Assembly (NCBI GenBank): GCA_051294905.1
Contig: CM119372.1
Location: 18,478,001-18,542,000 of the forward strand
Length of the DNA: 64,000 bases
Direction of reading: 5' to 3'
Source of the DNA: Botryllus schlosseri
Taxonomy: Eukaryota
The notes under the pieces are model-generated. The model ran no database searches. It was not told where the DNA came from and was given only the letters and a program-made list of their open reading frames with translations. The first letter of the stretch is position 1. Each line of letters starts with the position of its first letter. Below are positions 49,445-61,480 of the stretch, piece by piece. Made by a program: the position numbers and the translations under genes.

Positions 49445-49958
49445 TAGGGCTGGGCAAAATCGAGTACCTGAGTGATTCGATTCTGAATCACGCATTATGC
49501 TTCGAGTCGAGTCGAGTATTCGAGTATCACTCATTATGACGTCATAACAGAATGTAATATGTCAAAGTTAAAATATGTACCTTTTATGCCACCACAAAGG
49601 AGAAAATGCCTGTTATCCATCACATTAAAGATACTTTGGTATTTTTTCGTCCATACCGATTTCATTGCACTTCTTGACAATGTCGTGGGATGATCACGAC
49701 TTCGAAAATATGCTATTCCAGTAACGTTAGTAGCTTTGTACTATGTCTCGTATGCTGCGACACGGCCAATCAAGGTTTCAAGGCTTCCTCAGTGAAAAAT
49801 AGTATAAAAACTATAATTCTCGTTGGTACTTTACCTTTCAGTTGCGATAAGCGTATAATTTCAGTACTCGAAAAAATGGTCTTTTACTACTCGACTCGAA
49901 TCATTGAAATTAATACTCGATTCAGATTCGAGTACTCGAATCATTGTGCCCAGCCCTA
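49445..49958. mobile_element. MITE TAGGGCTGGGCA family with CGAGT/CGAAT repeats
   Basis: TIR TAGGGCTGGGCA / TGCCCAGCCCTA; perfect TSD GTAATAAC. Confidence 0.93.
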
Positions 49959-51427
49959 GTAATAACCAGAGGATTGTCTGCCTGCCGCTTTGGAAAACGT
50001 AACTAATTGGCGAATCTAATTACTGAAAGCGAGTTAGCAATCAACAACTTGCACGGGGATCATGTTACAAAGCGAACGCACTCGTCTTGTAACAGTGCAA
50101 CCGATCTCATTTGCATTCAAATAAGTAATCGACCTTGAAACAATACAAAAACATTTCACGGCTAACAATTACAATCTATATACAGCGCGGAATCTGTTAT
50201 ATCGTGATGAATTTTGACATGATTCAGTTTGCGTGTAAGAGTAACGTCTGCTAGACGTGTTAATCCTATTTATTTCGAACATAGCGCATACTAATTGTAC
50301 CGGCATTATAATGACTTATTCGCAAAGTGAGGGAATCGCGAACAAGTTTCGGTGCGGCTATTCATGGCTGAATGCGTCCCGGTGGGATACCCATCACGAA
50401 TGGTATAATCTAGTATGACGAATCGTAAATTTTAAAGATTGAGGTAGTTAAGATAGTGCACTGCACATCAACAGCGTCAAGAGATAAAATGCTAATCGAA
50501 GGTGTTGTTTCTTCAGGCTTGCAGGCTGCTTCTTTATTCTTTGAGTTAGGCAAAGCACCATAGCGATTTACATCGGGTCAGGGGCTTTATCCGATCATAA
50601 AGAGAAAAAGCGCTGGACAGAGATCTATTACATCATTTTCATCGAGTGACGTCTGCCTGGCTTTGACATCGGGACATCGAAATATCCAAGTCGGATGTTT
50701 TGCGGGATTTCGTCAACAAATCTTTTTGCAGATTAAGGATTGATATGTGATTGCTTTGAAATATACTTTCATTCAGTTGTTACTTTCATATTCTATATGT
50801 TCATTCACAATAAACTGTTGATCAGGACCGTAACTGCCGCACCCCAAACCCCCCAATTGGGCAGGGGGCGAGCTCGAAGGGAGCCCAAAATTTATTTCGT
50901 GAATTAGCATAAATTATAAAGTATTTTTTGAAAATTTATGCAGCTTTTTCAAAGTTTTTTCGCGCTCGGCGCGATATCAAGTTTTCAATAGCTTGATTAT
51001 TGGGTACTTTTCACCCAAGAAAAAATACGCAAGATTTATAGAAATGGACATATCGGCGTTGGCCGTTACCGCGCCACGACGCACCAAGATATATAGTTTT
51101 AGGCCATGTAACATGCGACTCCAAGAAATGTGCCAGAATGATCGGCAGCGAGAAAACCTTGGCCGAAAAGAACTGCGCTTACAGTCCCCATGCTACAGAT
51201 ATACCGAGCATCCTCCTTGACAAATACGCGGATATATACGATTTACATCGGTTACCGCTAGTAATTTAATGTCTCTAATCTCATGATTTATTTACCGGGT
51301 ATAACAATTCAGATCTTTAATCTAGCTAGAATGTGTGAATCCAAGCAGCGAAGTGCTTGGCATTCTCCAGCCACGAGCTATGGCGGGACGGTACCTTCTG
51401 ATGATGATATGGCAAAGAGGTGACAGT

Positions 51428-53930
51428 CAGACATGGGGTAATCGCGATTAGTAATCGTAATCGATTACGACGATTACAGCATTTTCAAGTAATCGTAATC
51501 GCAATCGATTACATTCGAAAAAATTCCGAAGTAATCGTAATCGACTACTTTCCATATCTAATCGATTTCTTTGCGAAAGAACGATTACTTTTTATTTGTA
51601 CAAGGACTATGACATAAACCGAACATTCGTGAACACTGAACAAGGAAGGTTCGTGATAGCACAAACGTTTGATTTTCAAACTCCACTGCTCATTATTACG
51701 TCAGAAGCAGCCTATTAACTTGTGCGTAATTGCGTAAGAAGTATCCACAGTAAATAGATATTCGATGTTCGTACGTCGTACATTAGTGTGATTGTAAGAA
51801 CACCCGCCGTGCTGTATATCAGGTTATCAACACGTTCCACACGCCATCACCTCGCAGCAGTATAATTTATCTCCGCTCTGCCTAGTCTAAAATAGTAACT
51901 TATGTGTTGATGTTTGGTTAGGCTTATGCTTAGTTAAACGCAGTTTGACCGTTGCTGCTTTGCGAGCAGTAGGCCTATCTAGTACGTACGTACACCGGAC
52001 ATAGATTTGAAATTTTGTGCTCGCCAAATAAAACATTGCGGTTTCCACAACGAAGCAGTAGAAATTAACAGCTGGTGATATATATATATCAAAACCGAGC
52101 CGTTTTTGCCGTTTCTTGTAACGGCAGCATGCAGTACAATGCCTGTATTAAGTAGAAGGCAGAATATGTTCGCTTCGTCTTATTCTCATATGACTCTTCT
52201 TGAAACGGGCGCCAATCGTTATTTCACAATTCTTTACTCAACATTGAGACCTGCTGCCATGGCCATGGGCTTATATATCATGTTAGCGTGGGTTATAGCT
52301 GAAATCAGGACCAAAACAGCAATTCGTCCCCCAGTCTTTGGCCCCCATAGGGTGGTAATCTAAAGTTGAAGACTTCGTAAGTAAAATTAGTAATTGCATA
52401 ATATTACTATTATTTTTATTCCTCTCTCAGCCCCCGAGAGTCAGATTTACCTGTAGAGTTTGTTTGAGGTAATCATGGTGTTGGTCGACTACAACGGTCA
52501 TTTACACCAGGCCGATTTTCTGCATTTCTGATTCCGTATCTGCCGACTTGCAAAACGGCCCACTTCTAGGTCTTTTGTAAGGCACCGCTCACGCGGATGA
52601 GGCGGAGAGGAGGAGCCTAGATAAACCTCCAACAATTCGGAACAAATCCTGAAGTCGACCTCGGTCGGACTCGAACCCGCAACCCACTGGTGTTGCAGTC
52701 GTGAATTATACCACTGCGCTATCTCGCCACACAATTACCTTCCTGTAGAGCTGATGGCACGTGATTCATAATTATAATCTCTGATATCTTGTTATAATTA
52801 CTTCAGTGTATGTTGTTAATTCGTGACCTCCAGTTTGTTATATAATCAAAAGATATTGTAGTGGCTCAAACGTAGCAGACTAAAAGAAAAACTTTCGTGA
52901 GACGCACAAACAAATTGTCATGTCTTTATATCTGACTGCATGCCTAGCAACTCAAGTTGTGAAGTACTAGGGTCAGCGGCCACATTAACTACAATAGGAC
53001 TTGAAAACATTTTCATAATGGGCAAAAAAGCATTCAATCCGTCAATGCGGCCGTTGAACTTAACAATCAACACAAATGATCCATTGGTTTGATAGTTGGA
53101 TAACGTTGTAAAACGTGTTGTAACACCACCTGCACTTAATTAAGTCTTATGATGAGCAGACTTAAATTTGAGTGCCGATCCAAACGTATTTGAGTGTGAG
53201 CATACATTTTGACGTGAGTTGAGTAACGAAATCGTTGCTGAGTAGAGAATTGCTATTCGACAGCAAAGGACTTGGTCTCCCCCCTTAATTAGAAACTCCA
53301 GATTCCAAGTCAAGCAAGTGTAATTTTTGAATATCAATTTATTGTTTGTTATAGATTGATTTTTTATTATTTTTGTTGGATTTTCCAACGTCAATGGGAG
53401 CCGCAAGTAGGCTAGCTGGAAGCCGAACGCGGCTCGCTGAGCCGCGGTTGAGAATCACTGATCTAGAGAGGATTTTCAAGTTAATTAGATCTCTCGAAAA
53501 TACTCTCTAACTTATGTTGGTTTACGAAATACTTTTGGAGTCCCCTTTGAGCTCGCTCTCCACCCTGTTGGGAAATTTGGGTGCGACAGTTATGGCCCTG
53601 GCAAGTATGCAAATCGTTGGGCGCGATAATTGACCTCTATGAAAATAGGCACATTACGACGTAACAAGCAAATGACGCATCTTATTTAAAGGGAGTTTGT
53701 TATCTCATTAAGCCTTTTCAGCGTAATCCATATATTGTCTTCCAACATAGCTTCTAAGACGCAAAATAAATGTAATCGTGAGTAATCGTGATTACTTTTC
53801 CAATGTAATCGAAATCGTAATCGACTACTTCCTGATTTTGCTGTAATCGTAATCGTAATCGTAATCGCGTCATTCAGAAGTAATCGTAATCGCAATCGAT
53901 TACATTCATGAAGTAATCACCCCATGTCTG
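51428..53930. mobile_element. MITE CAGACATGGGGT family with GTAATC repeats
   Basis: TIR CAGACATGGGGT / ACCCCATGTCTG; perfect TSD GTGACAGT; a partial relative lies at about 55910-56057. Confidence 0.92.
52459..52741 (-). mobile_element. tRNA-derived SINE with 9-bp TSD
   Basis: Minus strand: A box TAGCGCAGTGG, B box GGTTCGAGTCC, core GGAGGTTTATCTAGGCTCCTC, (CAAA)n tail; TSD CCTGTAGAG at 52450-52458 and 52742-52750. Confidence 0.85.
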
Positions 53931-54324
53931 GTGACAGTGTTTGGATGACTTTTTCGTATGACTTGACTTAACTCGAGTCACTTTGCAAAGATGGCTTGAC
54001 TTGACTTGACTCGGCGCTTCAGAAATGCGGTTTGACTCGTGACGCGGAGCAAAATTTACGAGTCAATTTCAAGTCATCAAGTAAACGGTGTCGATTAAAT
54101 CATTGTATCTTGTGTATGTTCTTGTTCATTGTTCGTATTGTTCGCGATACGCGGGTGTCATTTGTGAGAGCAACCAGTCATTCACTGATTGTGCGTTTCA
54201 CTGATCCTGCATTCTTACATCATAAAATTTGATCGAAAACGAAATGATCACGGTTGACGTTGTCGTCGTAGTAGTAGAAGTTTAATCTAGGAGCATTGGA
54301 GCAACGTATCTCCATTTCTTAGAC

Positions 54325-54620
54325 CAGTGGTTCCCAACCTTTTTTTAGACACGCCCCCCTTTATGATAGTGAAATTTCGCGCCCCCCTTATTGTCATATC
54401 ACAAAATCCAAACGGGATGCTAGCAACCCCAACAGATTGTTTGATGGCATGGAAGGTTATAGCTGTTGATGAGAGAATCAAAAATATGAAATTCGGTGTA
54501 TATATAGAGAAATACGTGTGAATTGGAGGTAAATCGCGCAACGCGCGAAATTTCTTTCAGTTGACCGCTTCTTCGCGCCCCACTTCAGAGCTTTCACGCC
54601 CCCAAGGTTGGGAACCACTG
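54325..54620. mobile_element. About 300-bp hAT MITE, same family as 30428, reversed
   Basis: Perfect TSD TCTTAGAC. Confidence 0.95.
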
Positions 54621-55454
54621 TCTTAGACGGTTCGGTGCTTACATTGCGCAATGCTCAGCTCACCTTTACCAACCCTCTTGTATGATTTAAATCTAACGAA
54701 TATAGTATATGCGATTATAATCTCACGGATGTGTAGATGGGTAGCGTATTGTAACATATAAATTTGTTTAAACTTCTCGAAGCTTCGTATTCGATTTTGG
54801 CTAATAAATAACAGACTGTGGCATTTAGCATGTAGTTATACAGTTACTCCCGTATTTTATTAGCAGCTAGTTGTACGTGTGCGATACAATACCTTTTTGC
54901 ATGTATATTTAACTTTGTATTCGTTATTTGATTCAAGATAAATGGCAAATTAATCTGTCTTCCACCCAGCAAGCACAATGTAATGGCTTAGAACCATCCC
55001 TCATACTTGGTAAATTCAATTTGACTTGAAATGTGACTTGACTCGTGACTGGACTTGACTTGACTCGAGTCACCTCCAAAATCGAGTGACTTGACTCGAG
55101 TAACCTTCGTAAACCGATTGACTTGACTTGAGTGGAGTCAAAATGTCCAATGACTCGAGATGACTCGTGACTCGAAGGTAGTGACTTGATCCCAACACCG
55201 AGAGGTGGAGTTCTTATTCGTCGAACACATCGAAATCTATATACCCAATATGTGCATATACGAGTGGATAATTAGTTACAACACTATTGATCAGATTGTG
55301 CATTGTGGAATGAGAAATGTGCATTGTACATATATAGCTGATTCTTGATGGTGTAATAATGAGCAGCATTGCACTATTCAATATTCGTTCATTGTTCAGT
55401 TTATATTAAAAAAACTAAAAGGTGTCGGCTTGCAGTAAAGAGAGATTATACCTA

Positions 55455-55640
55455 ATTGTCGCTAGGTATCGTGTTCAACTGTACATTAATATAGCTATTA
55501 CTTCATTGAAAGATAGGGTTGGAATTAGCAATATGACGTCACGTGACGTCATGAGGTTCACGTTCGCATTCACACAGAACCTCTCAAAAAGGTTCGCGTT
55601 CACACGAACCTGAACCTTTCAGAGGTTCACACCATCCCTA
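55455..55640. mobile_element. Truncated TAGGGATGGTGTGAAC-family MITE, reversed left end
   Basis: Reverse complement of 61481-61665. Confidence 0.85.
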
Positions 55641-57198
55641 CGATCCTACCTAATATGTAATATTTTGACGAAGTGGTTCACTGCTCCTTCCATATTAATA
55701 TCGGCCTATGATATCGATTATAATCGGCCTTGTGAGTGTGTCGATAATCGGTGTCGGTATCGGCCTGCAAAAATCAATATCCGTCGACCTCTACTACGAA
55801 TACGGTTTTGACAGAACTGCAGGTTCAATATTTTATATCCTTCCGTGGTCCTTCAGGCTTGAGAAGTGACAACACCATCTTTAATCAAAGGAAGCAAAAT
55901 AATTGCAATATTAAATAATCGTGATTACCTTTTTCATGTAATCGTAATTGTAACCGAGTCGAATAACGAAGATTATGTAGAACTTCGTAATCGTAATCAC
56001 GCGCTCAGTAGCCATCGTAATCGCGATCTAGGTACTTGTGCAGTATGCCCCATGCCTCCTAACAACGTCGAAATAAATGCATGATGCAATCAATACTAGG
56101 AAGTTGGTACTTTGGTGTGTGAACAAGAAGCTAGCAAGGAAGTCGCTGGTCTTAAGACAAATGTACAAAATTGATTTGTATACTCGCGTTCTAAATGTAT
56201 CAAGTTACTAACTATGACATACGCCACACAACAATGCGCGAATTCGTTGTGCAGAACTATCTCGATTCCATGAATAGATGCCATATTGAAGATTACTTTA
56301 TATTTAGGGACACCGTAGGAATATAAAGTTATGAACATACCTATGCGCGTTGAAAGAAATCTCGCGGGATTACATATTTTTATTATATCAACCAAACAAT
56401 AAAATGGCGTGCTTTGGAAAAACATCACGCATAGTGTCGATTGTTATTGCCAGCTGATATAGGCCTTTTTCTGTGCTTTGTACAATCCACACACGTAGCA
56501 TACGGCGATTTAGTCGATGTTCACGTTGGAAAGTCATCATACTACATTTTGGGATCAGAGAGTGTCTTTTAGTGATTATGTTCATGTTCATGAATTTGAG
56601 TTCTCGCTGAGCCCGTTCCCGTCGTATGATATCCATTATATGTCACATTTCCAATTTCCATGGATTATTACAGCGTTTGAAAAGCTTACGAGTGCTGAAA
56701 GCTAAAATGCTCGAGAGGGATTTATGATGTTAGGATTGCGAGTGCGCGCTCATATCAGTTCTGTCAATCATCGAGGCGTCAGAGTAAGCCGGGGATGTTG
56801 GTCCAAGTTCAGCCGATGAGCTTAACAGTAAAATGTTTTCACGAAAATAGTTCTGATGAGTCGTCTGATATGATTTCATTCTATGGATGTGATGGACAGC
56901 TTATATAACCAATAGAGCTAACGTAGAACTACATTGGCAAACAGAATTTACTGCTATTCGCGATACTCGTTCGTTCAGTAGTTTAACAAACGTGACAGGT
57001 TTATTGAGAGCTATTCTTTGAGTTACGTCGTGCTTCCGTCAACATCAAACTGACAGACCCAACCAGCTATTTCGATCTATATGATTATATAATGAATCTA
57101 GCGTCGGCGTCTAGTATGATAAATTATTATAAGAGTATTTGCCTACCAATGCCAATAGGATATTTGACTTTTGTCACAGCGTAGTATAGCCGGTAGAT

Positions 57199-57277
57199 AT
57201 GGAGACGCGAGCCGGACAGCCGATGAGCCAGTCCAATGACATAATGGCTCCCATTCAAGGCAGCTCTTCAAACGAAG
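57199..57277 (+). CDS. Probable first coding exon of an unidentified gene (METRAGQPMSQSNDIMAPIQGSSSNE)
   Basis: Acceptor TTTTGTCACAG ending 57179, ATG at 57199, open GC-richer frame, consensus donor AAG|GTAAGT; lies in non-repetitive sequence; no homology recognised. Confidence 0.45.
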
Positions 57278-59118
57278 GTAAGTATCCAAATGCTTTTCCC
57301 ATGCTCGAAATTGCTTGACCCTACTTTCTGTGAACTGAAGTAGCTCTTAAAGTCAAATATCGTTTATTATTGTTCCCGAAAGTGCTCCGTGATATCTTAG
57401 CCGAGCTTTGCTCAAGGTCACAAATGGTCCATTTGTATCGCATTACCGATGTTCAATATATGGTAATGAAATGTCACATTTGTATTTTGACTGCTGTCTA
57501 ACTGTCCATATTTCGTTATTACATGCGTGCCATATAAGATTTCATGCACACAACGATTTCCGCATTCTTGCAGACAAAATTATTTCGTAAGACAGTAATA
57601 TTATCCCCGTCGCCCCCTTGATTAACATTCTAACCTCCCAGAAATACTGATCGCGTAACATGCAATATTTCATGCTTGTGACTACGCTGTCATGATTTCT
57701 TTCGATTCGAGCAAAGGGGCATGGATCATGGGGTACACGTATGATAATTCATACAGTGTATGCGTACATGCAACGCATATATATTATAAAAATTATACAG
57801 AAGAGAAGGACGAATTTTGGGAGAGAAGCGAAATTTTTTAACAATGGTTTGACGTCATATATGTATTATGACGTATGAACATAAATGGCGCTGCAATGTC
57901 CAAATCGAAATTTATGGGCAAGGGAGCTTTTCACTCCTAGATGACGTCACTGTATGAATAAACAAGTCCGCAGTTGTTTCTAGTCCGGCGTGAGTTTCCT
58001 ACCGTACCCAGACGGCTGTTTTACGTATTAAAGTTATGGCGGTTTACCGTTTACCCTCCATATATCACGAAACAATATTTTCCCCGCCCGTATATCATGC
58101 GAAGGCTAAGTAGTACTAATAGAGCGGACTTAAAAGCTAAAACGAATGCGTGTAATCGGAAAATCGTTGAAAAAATACTGTCCTTTTCATCATATACATA
58201 CATCGTTAGACCTCAATGTCCGAATGAAGGTTCGTGCAAAATTGAAACGCCGTCTGAATGCAGTCAGTATACTTTTGAAGACTGTTTTAAGGGTCATTTC
58301 AGCTTCAAAATTTAACGAGATTGACGACACGCCGAACGAATTGCGAATGACGATTTTTTTAATAATTAATGGTGCCAATGACCTCTTGAGTAGAACGTGA
58401 TGAGACTTCTTTTGTACACGAATGTTGTCGCACCCGTTATTCACCAACCTTATTTACTTCGGTCCACAGCTATAAAGAGTAATCCATTCCCTATATCTAA
58501 AGTTTAAAGGTAGGCATCGGCCCTAGTATTTGCCTTTTAACAGATCTTGAAAGTCTAGTACATGGTAAACAAGGTAAGCATCACGGCCACTTACCAGCCC
58601 ATCATGGTTTGCTAATCGCCTATCTAAACGTTATGTGGCAAGTTGAATCCTGTCGTGTAAAAAACATACTTGTTCTTATCTATTGAATGATATACACTTA
58701 TATGGAGTATATGCGCTTGAGGTGTATAGACGAAGCTTTGATTATGTGAATACTGCAAGACCTAGAATTTGTAAGGTGCTATATTGCATGTAGTTTTTGT
58801 TACACGGTGCAATGCACATCGTGCATGTGCGATACTCAGTGTATGGGGCCGTACACTGCTGTAGGCTAATAGTGTTACTGAGTGCAGGAATTGGATGCCG
58901 GGGATAATTAGAGAAAAGCTGATTTCTCATTTCATATTTATATGCATGTATGGGAATGCACACAGTCGGTTATCGGACGGTCCGGGGCAACGACTGCAAC
59001 GAGAATCATGTCTAATGAGATCAGCAATACGGAATTTGCCGATACTTCTGATCTGCCCGCAGTGCTGCGATTCGCAGTCGTGAAACTTCAGTTTTATTCA
59101 AAGCGATATAGTCTAGTC

Positions 59119-59423
59119 CAGTGGTTCTCAACCTTGTGGGCGTGAATGCATCTGAACTGAACGGGGGCGCGAAAAAGCGGTCAACTGAAATTTTTTACGC
59201 GCTCTGCGCGATTTATATCCAATTCACGCGTGTTTCTCTCTATATAGACCGATTTTCATATTTTTGAATTCTCTCATCCACAGTCATAACCTTCCATGAC
59301 ATCAAACAATCTGTTGGGTTTGCTAGCATCCCGGTTGGATTTTGTGATATGACGATAAGGGGGACGCGAAATTTTTCACTATCATGAAGGGGGGCGTGTA
59401 GAAAAAAAGGTTGAGAACCACTG
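59119..59423. mobile_element. About 300-bp hAT MITE, same family as 30428
   Basis: TIR CAGTGGTTCTCAACC; perfect TSD GTCTAGTC. Confidence 0.95.
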
Positions 59424-60434
59424 GTCTAGTCAGTGCATACGCGTATACAAATAACTTTTAATCGCGTTATGCGTAGAACAATATATACATCCAACAGAAT
59501 TTGTATTCTATCCAAATTATCAACCTAGTAGATTTTTCACACCAAAATCGCACCGTCGCTGGCTGAATGTTAACACAATGCTTATAACACGGCTACATTC
59601 TATTGACTATAGCATATGGTGTGGGTTTTCCTATGCTGTGTGACACGCTGTGGAATACGAATATTTATAGAGAGAAATGAAATCCACGATACAATTTTTG
59701 CAACATAACTCGAACAGAACTTAGGTCAAGAACGACACGAACTCTATTGTGTTTTGAACGTCTGAAATGAACTATATATTCGACGACAACGCCGCGAGGC
59801 CACGCATGTGGCGTGCTCGCACAAAGGACAGTCTGTCGCTATCCGTAGGCTTTTGTCACGATTGTTTGTAATACGACGACAGATGTTTCTGGGGGGTTCG
59901 CGATTTAGTAAAGAGAGGCATACTCTCTGAGAGCATTTTCTCTACGCTATATAGCCCATATATGTGGGATGATGAAATGACGTTGGCATCTCAGTAGATC
60001 GTGCTCGATATACATTTCCTAAAATAGCGTAAAATGAACTGATTATTATGGTTAGCACAGGTTAGTATTTTGATAAGAAACAATTGATTTTGCGGTGGAC
60101 AGGTGATCCATATTATCACAGTAGTTGATGAATGACTCAATTGTTGCGCTACTACCAAATCGTTTGTAGAAGAGAGGGATTACTGGGAATCTCGCCAGTT
60201 TGACATATTGTCCTGCCATCAGGTAACAAGGGGATGATTGACTCTTCGATTGTTGAACATTCGGTATCCGCAGTTTTAGAAAGTGTAACCTACGTAAAAT
60301 CGTATAGGCCCCAACATGCGGTATAAATAACTGTTATTGAATATATGAAGTTCATGATCCATGGCTAATTGGTTGTAGGCATAATAGTATGATTTAAAAA
60401 TAATCCACTACAGTAATTTTCCGATTGTCTACAG

Positions 60435-61217
60435 CAGGGGTCGCCAACTCAAAACGGGTCGCGGGCCACTTTTCAAATTTCGTAGCGGCCGCGGGCCGCA
60501 TGAATTCGATGTCGATAGTAGGCAACCACATTGTAAAACTCTACGTCAGTACAACGCTATGCTACCTAACATAGGCGATTGGCATAGTGACCACAAAAGA
60601 AGTAATATTTTATTAAAGGAATAAATAAACAACAAAAGATCATTGTCATCAATTTCATTGATCAGCTGTGCACGATACCCGAAAACGCTTTGGGGGGCTA
60701 GCGAGATACGCTACTAGCTGAAAGACCATCTCCACGGCAAGCTTGATCTTGTGGGTAAACCCTAAGCCAGTGGTTCTCAAACCTTTTTAGATATGCCCCC
60801 TTAATGATACTGACAAATTTCGCGCCTTCCCCTTAGCGTCATATCACAAAATGCACCCATAAAGCTAGCAATCCCAACGGATAGTTTGATGGCATGGAGG
60901 GTTATGAATGTTGATGGGAAAATTCTATAAAATGAATTTCGGACAATAAGTATAACTCTGAATTCGAGGTGAATCGCGTCTAGCGCGAAAATATTTTTCA
61001 GTTTACCGCAGCTCCGCGCCCCGTTCAGATGCTTTCACGCCCCCAGTTTCAGAACCACTGCCTTAAACCGTTTTTAAGCGTCTCGGTATTGGCAGTGTTT
61101 GGACTATGCACGTTAACTTCAGCATTTCAAAATGTTTTCTTATCTTTCTTCCGAAATCTCAAATCATGTCGCGGGCCGCAACATATGACCACGCGGGCCG
61201 CGTGTTGGTGACCCCTG
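60435..61217. mobile_element. hAT MITE CAGGGGTCGCCAAC with a nested ~290-bp MITE at 60768-61060
   Basis: Ends CAGGGGTCGCCAAC / GTTGGTGACCCCTG; perfect TSD GTCTACAG. Confidence 0.92.
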
Positions 61218-61480
61218 GTCTACAGACAGCAGCGAAAGTGTAGTGGAGGAGTTTTCAACCATCCACATCCCGCATCTTCCCCTGACACAAATCGAAGTCC
61301 GGTGTCCTCCTATGATACGATTCGCTGATACAAATGAATGAATCATATTTACATTTATATTCATGAAAAATAGTAGATCGTTACATAATAGTATTAATTT
61401 GTCATCTTTAATGCTGCTTATGGCGTTATACTACGTAATCAAGGAATTTTACGTTACAATATGATATGACCCGATGAACA

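Larger units (their letters stand above)
51424..55200. mobile_element. GACTT/GACTC-repeat MITE (CAGTGTT..AACACCG) whose left TIR is split by 51428-53930
   Basis: TSD AGAGGTGA / AGAGGTGG; GACTT arrays at 53940-54080 and 55010-55195. Confidence 0.75.

Noticed and set aside
50500..50815. Coding-looking stretch with an acceptor and AATAAA
   Set aside because: All + frames contain stops and I recognised no protein family
52655..52728. tRNA-Cys-like gene on the minus strand (also the heads at 3305, 26543 and 31624)
   Set aside because: The acceptor stem does not pair and there is no T-run terminator; it continues into a shared core and tail with a TSD, so it is a SINE head
56853..56880. Second hammerhead (CTGATGAGTC)
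   Set aside because: No properly placed GAAA or pairing stems
60170..60222. Resemblance of ERDYWESRQFDILSC to the SLC6 transporter N-terminal R..W..K.DF.LS motif
   Set aside because: Residue order differs and no following GLGNVWRFP exon was found in the window
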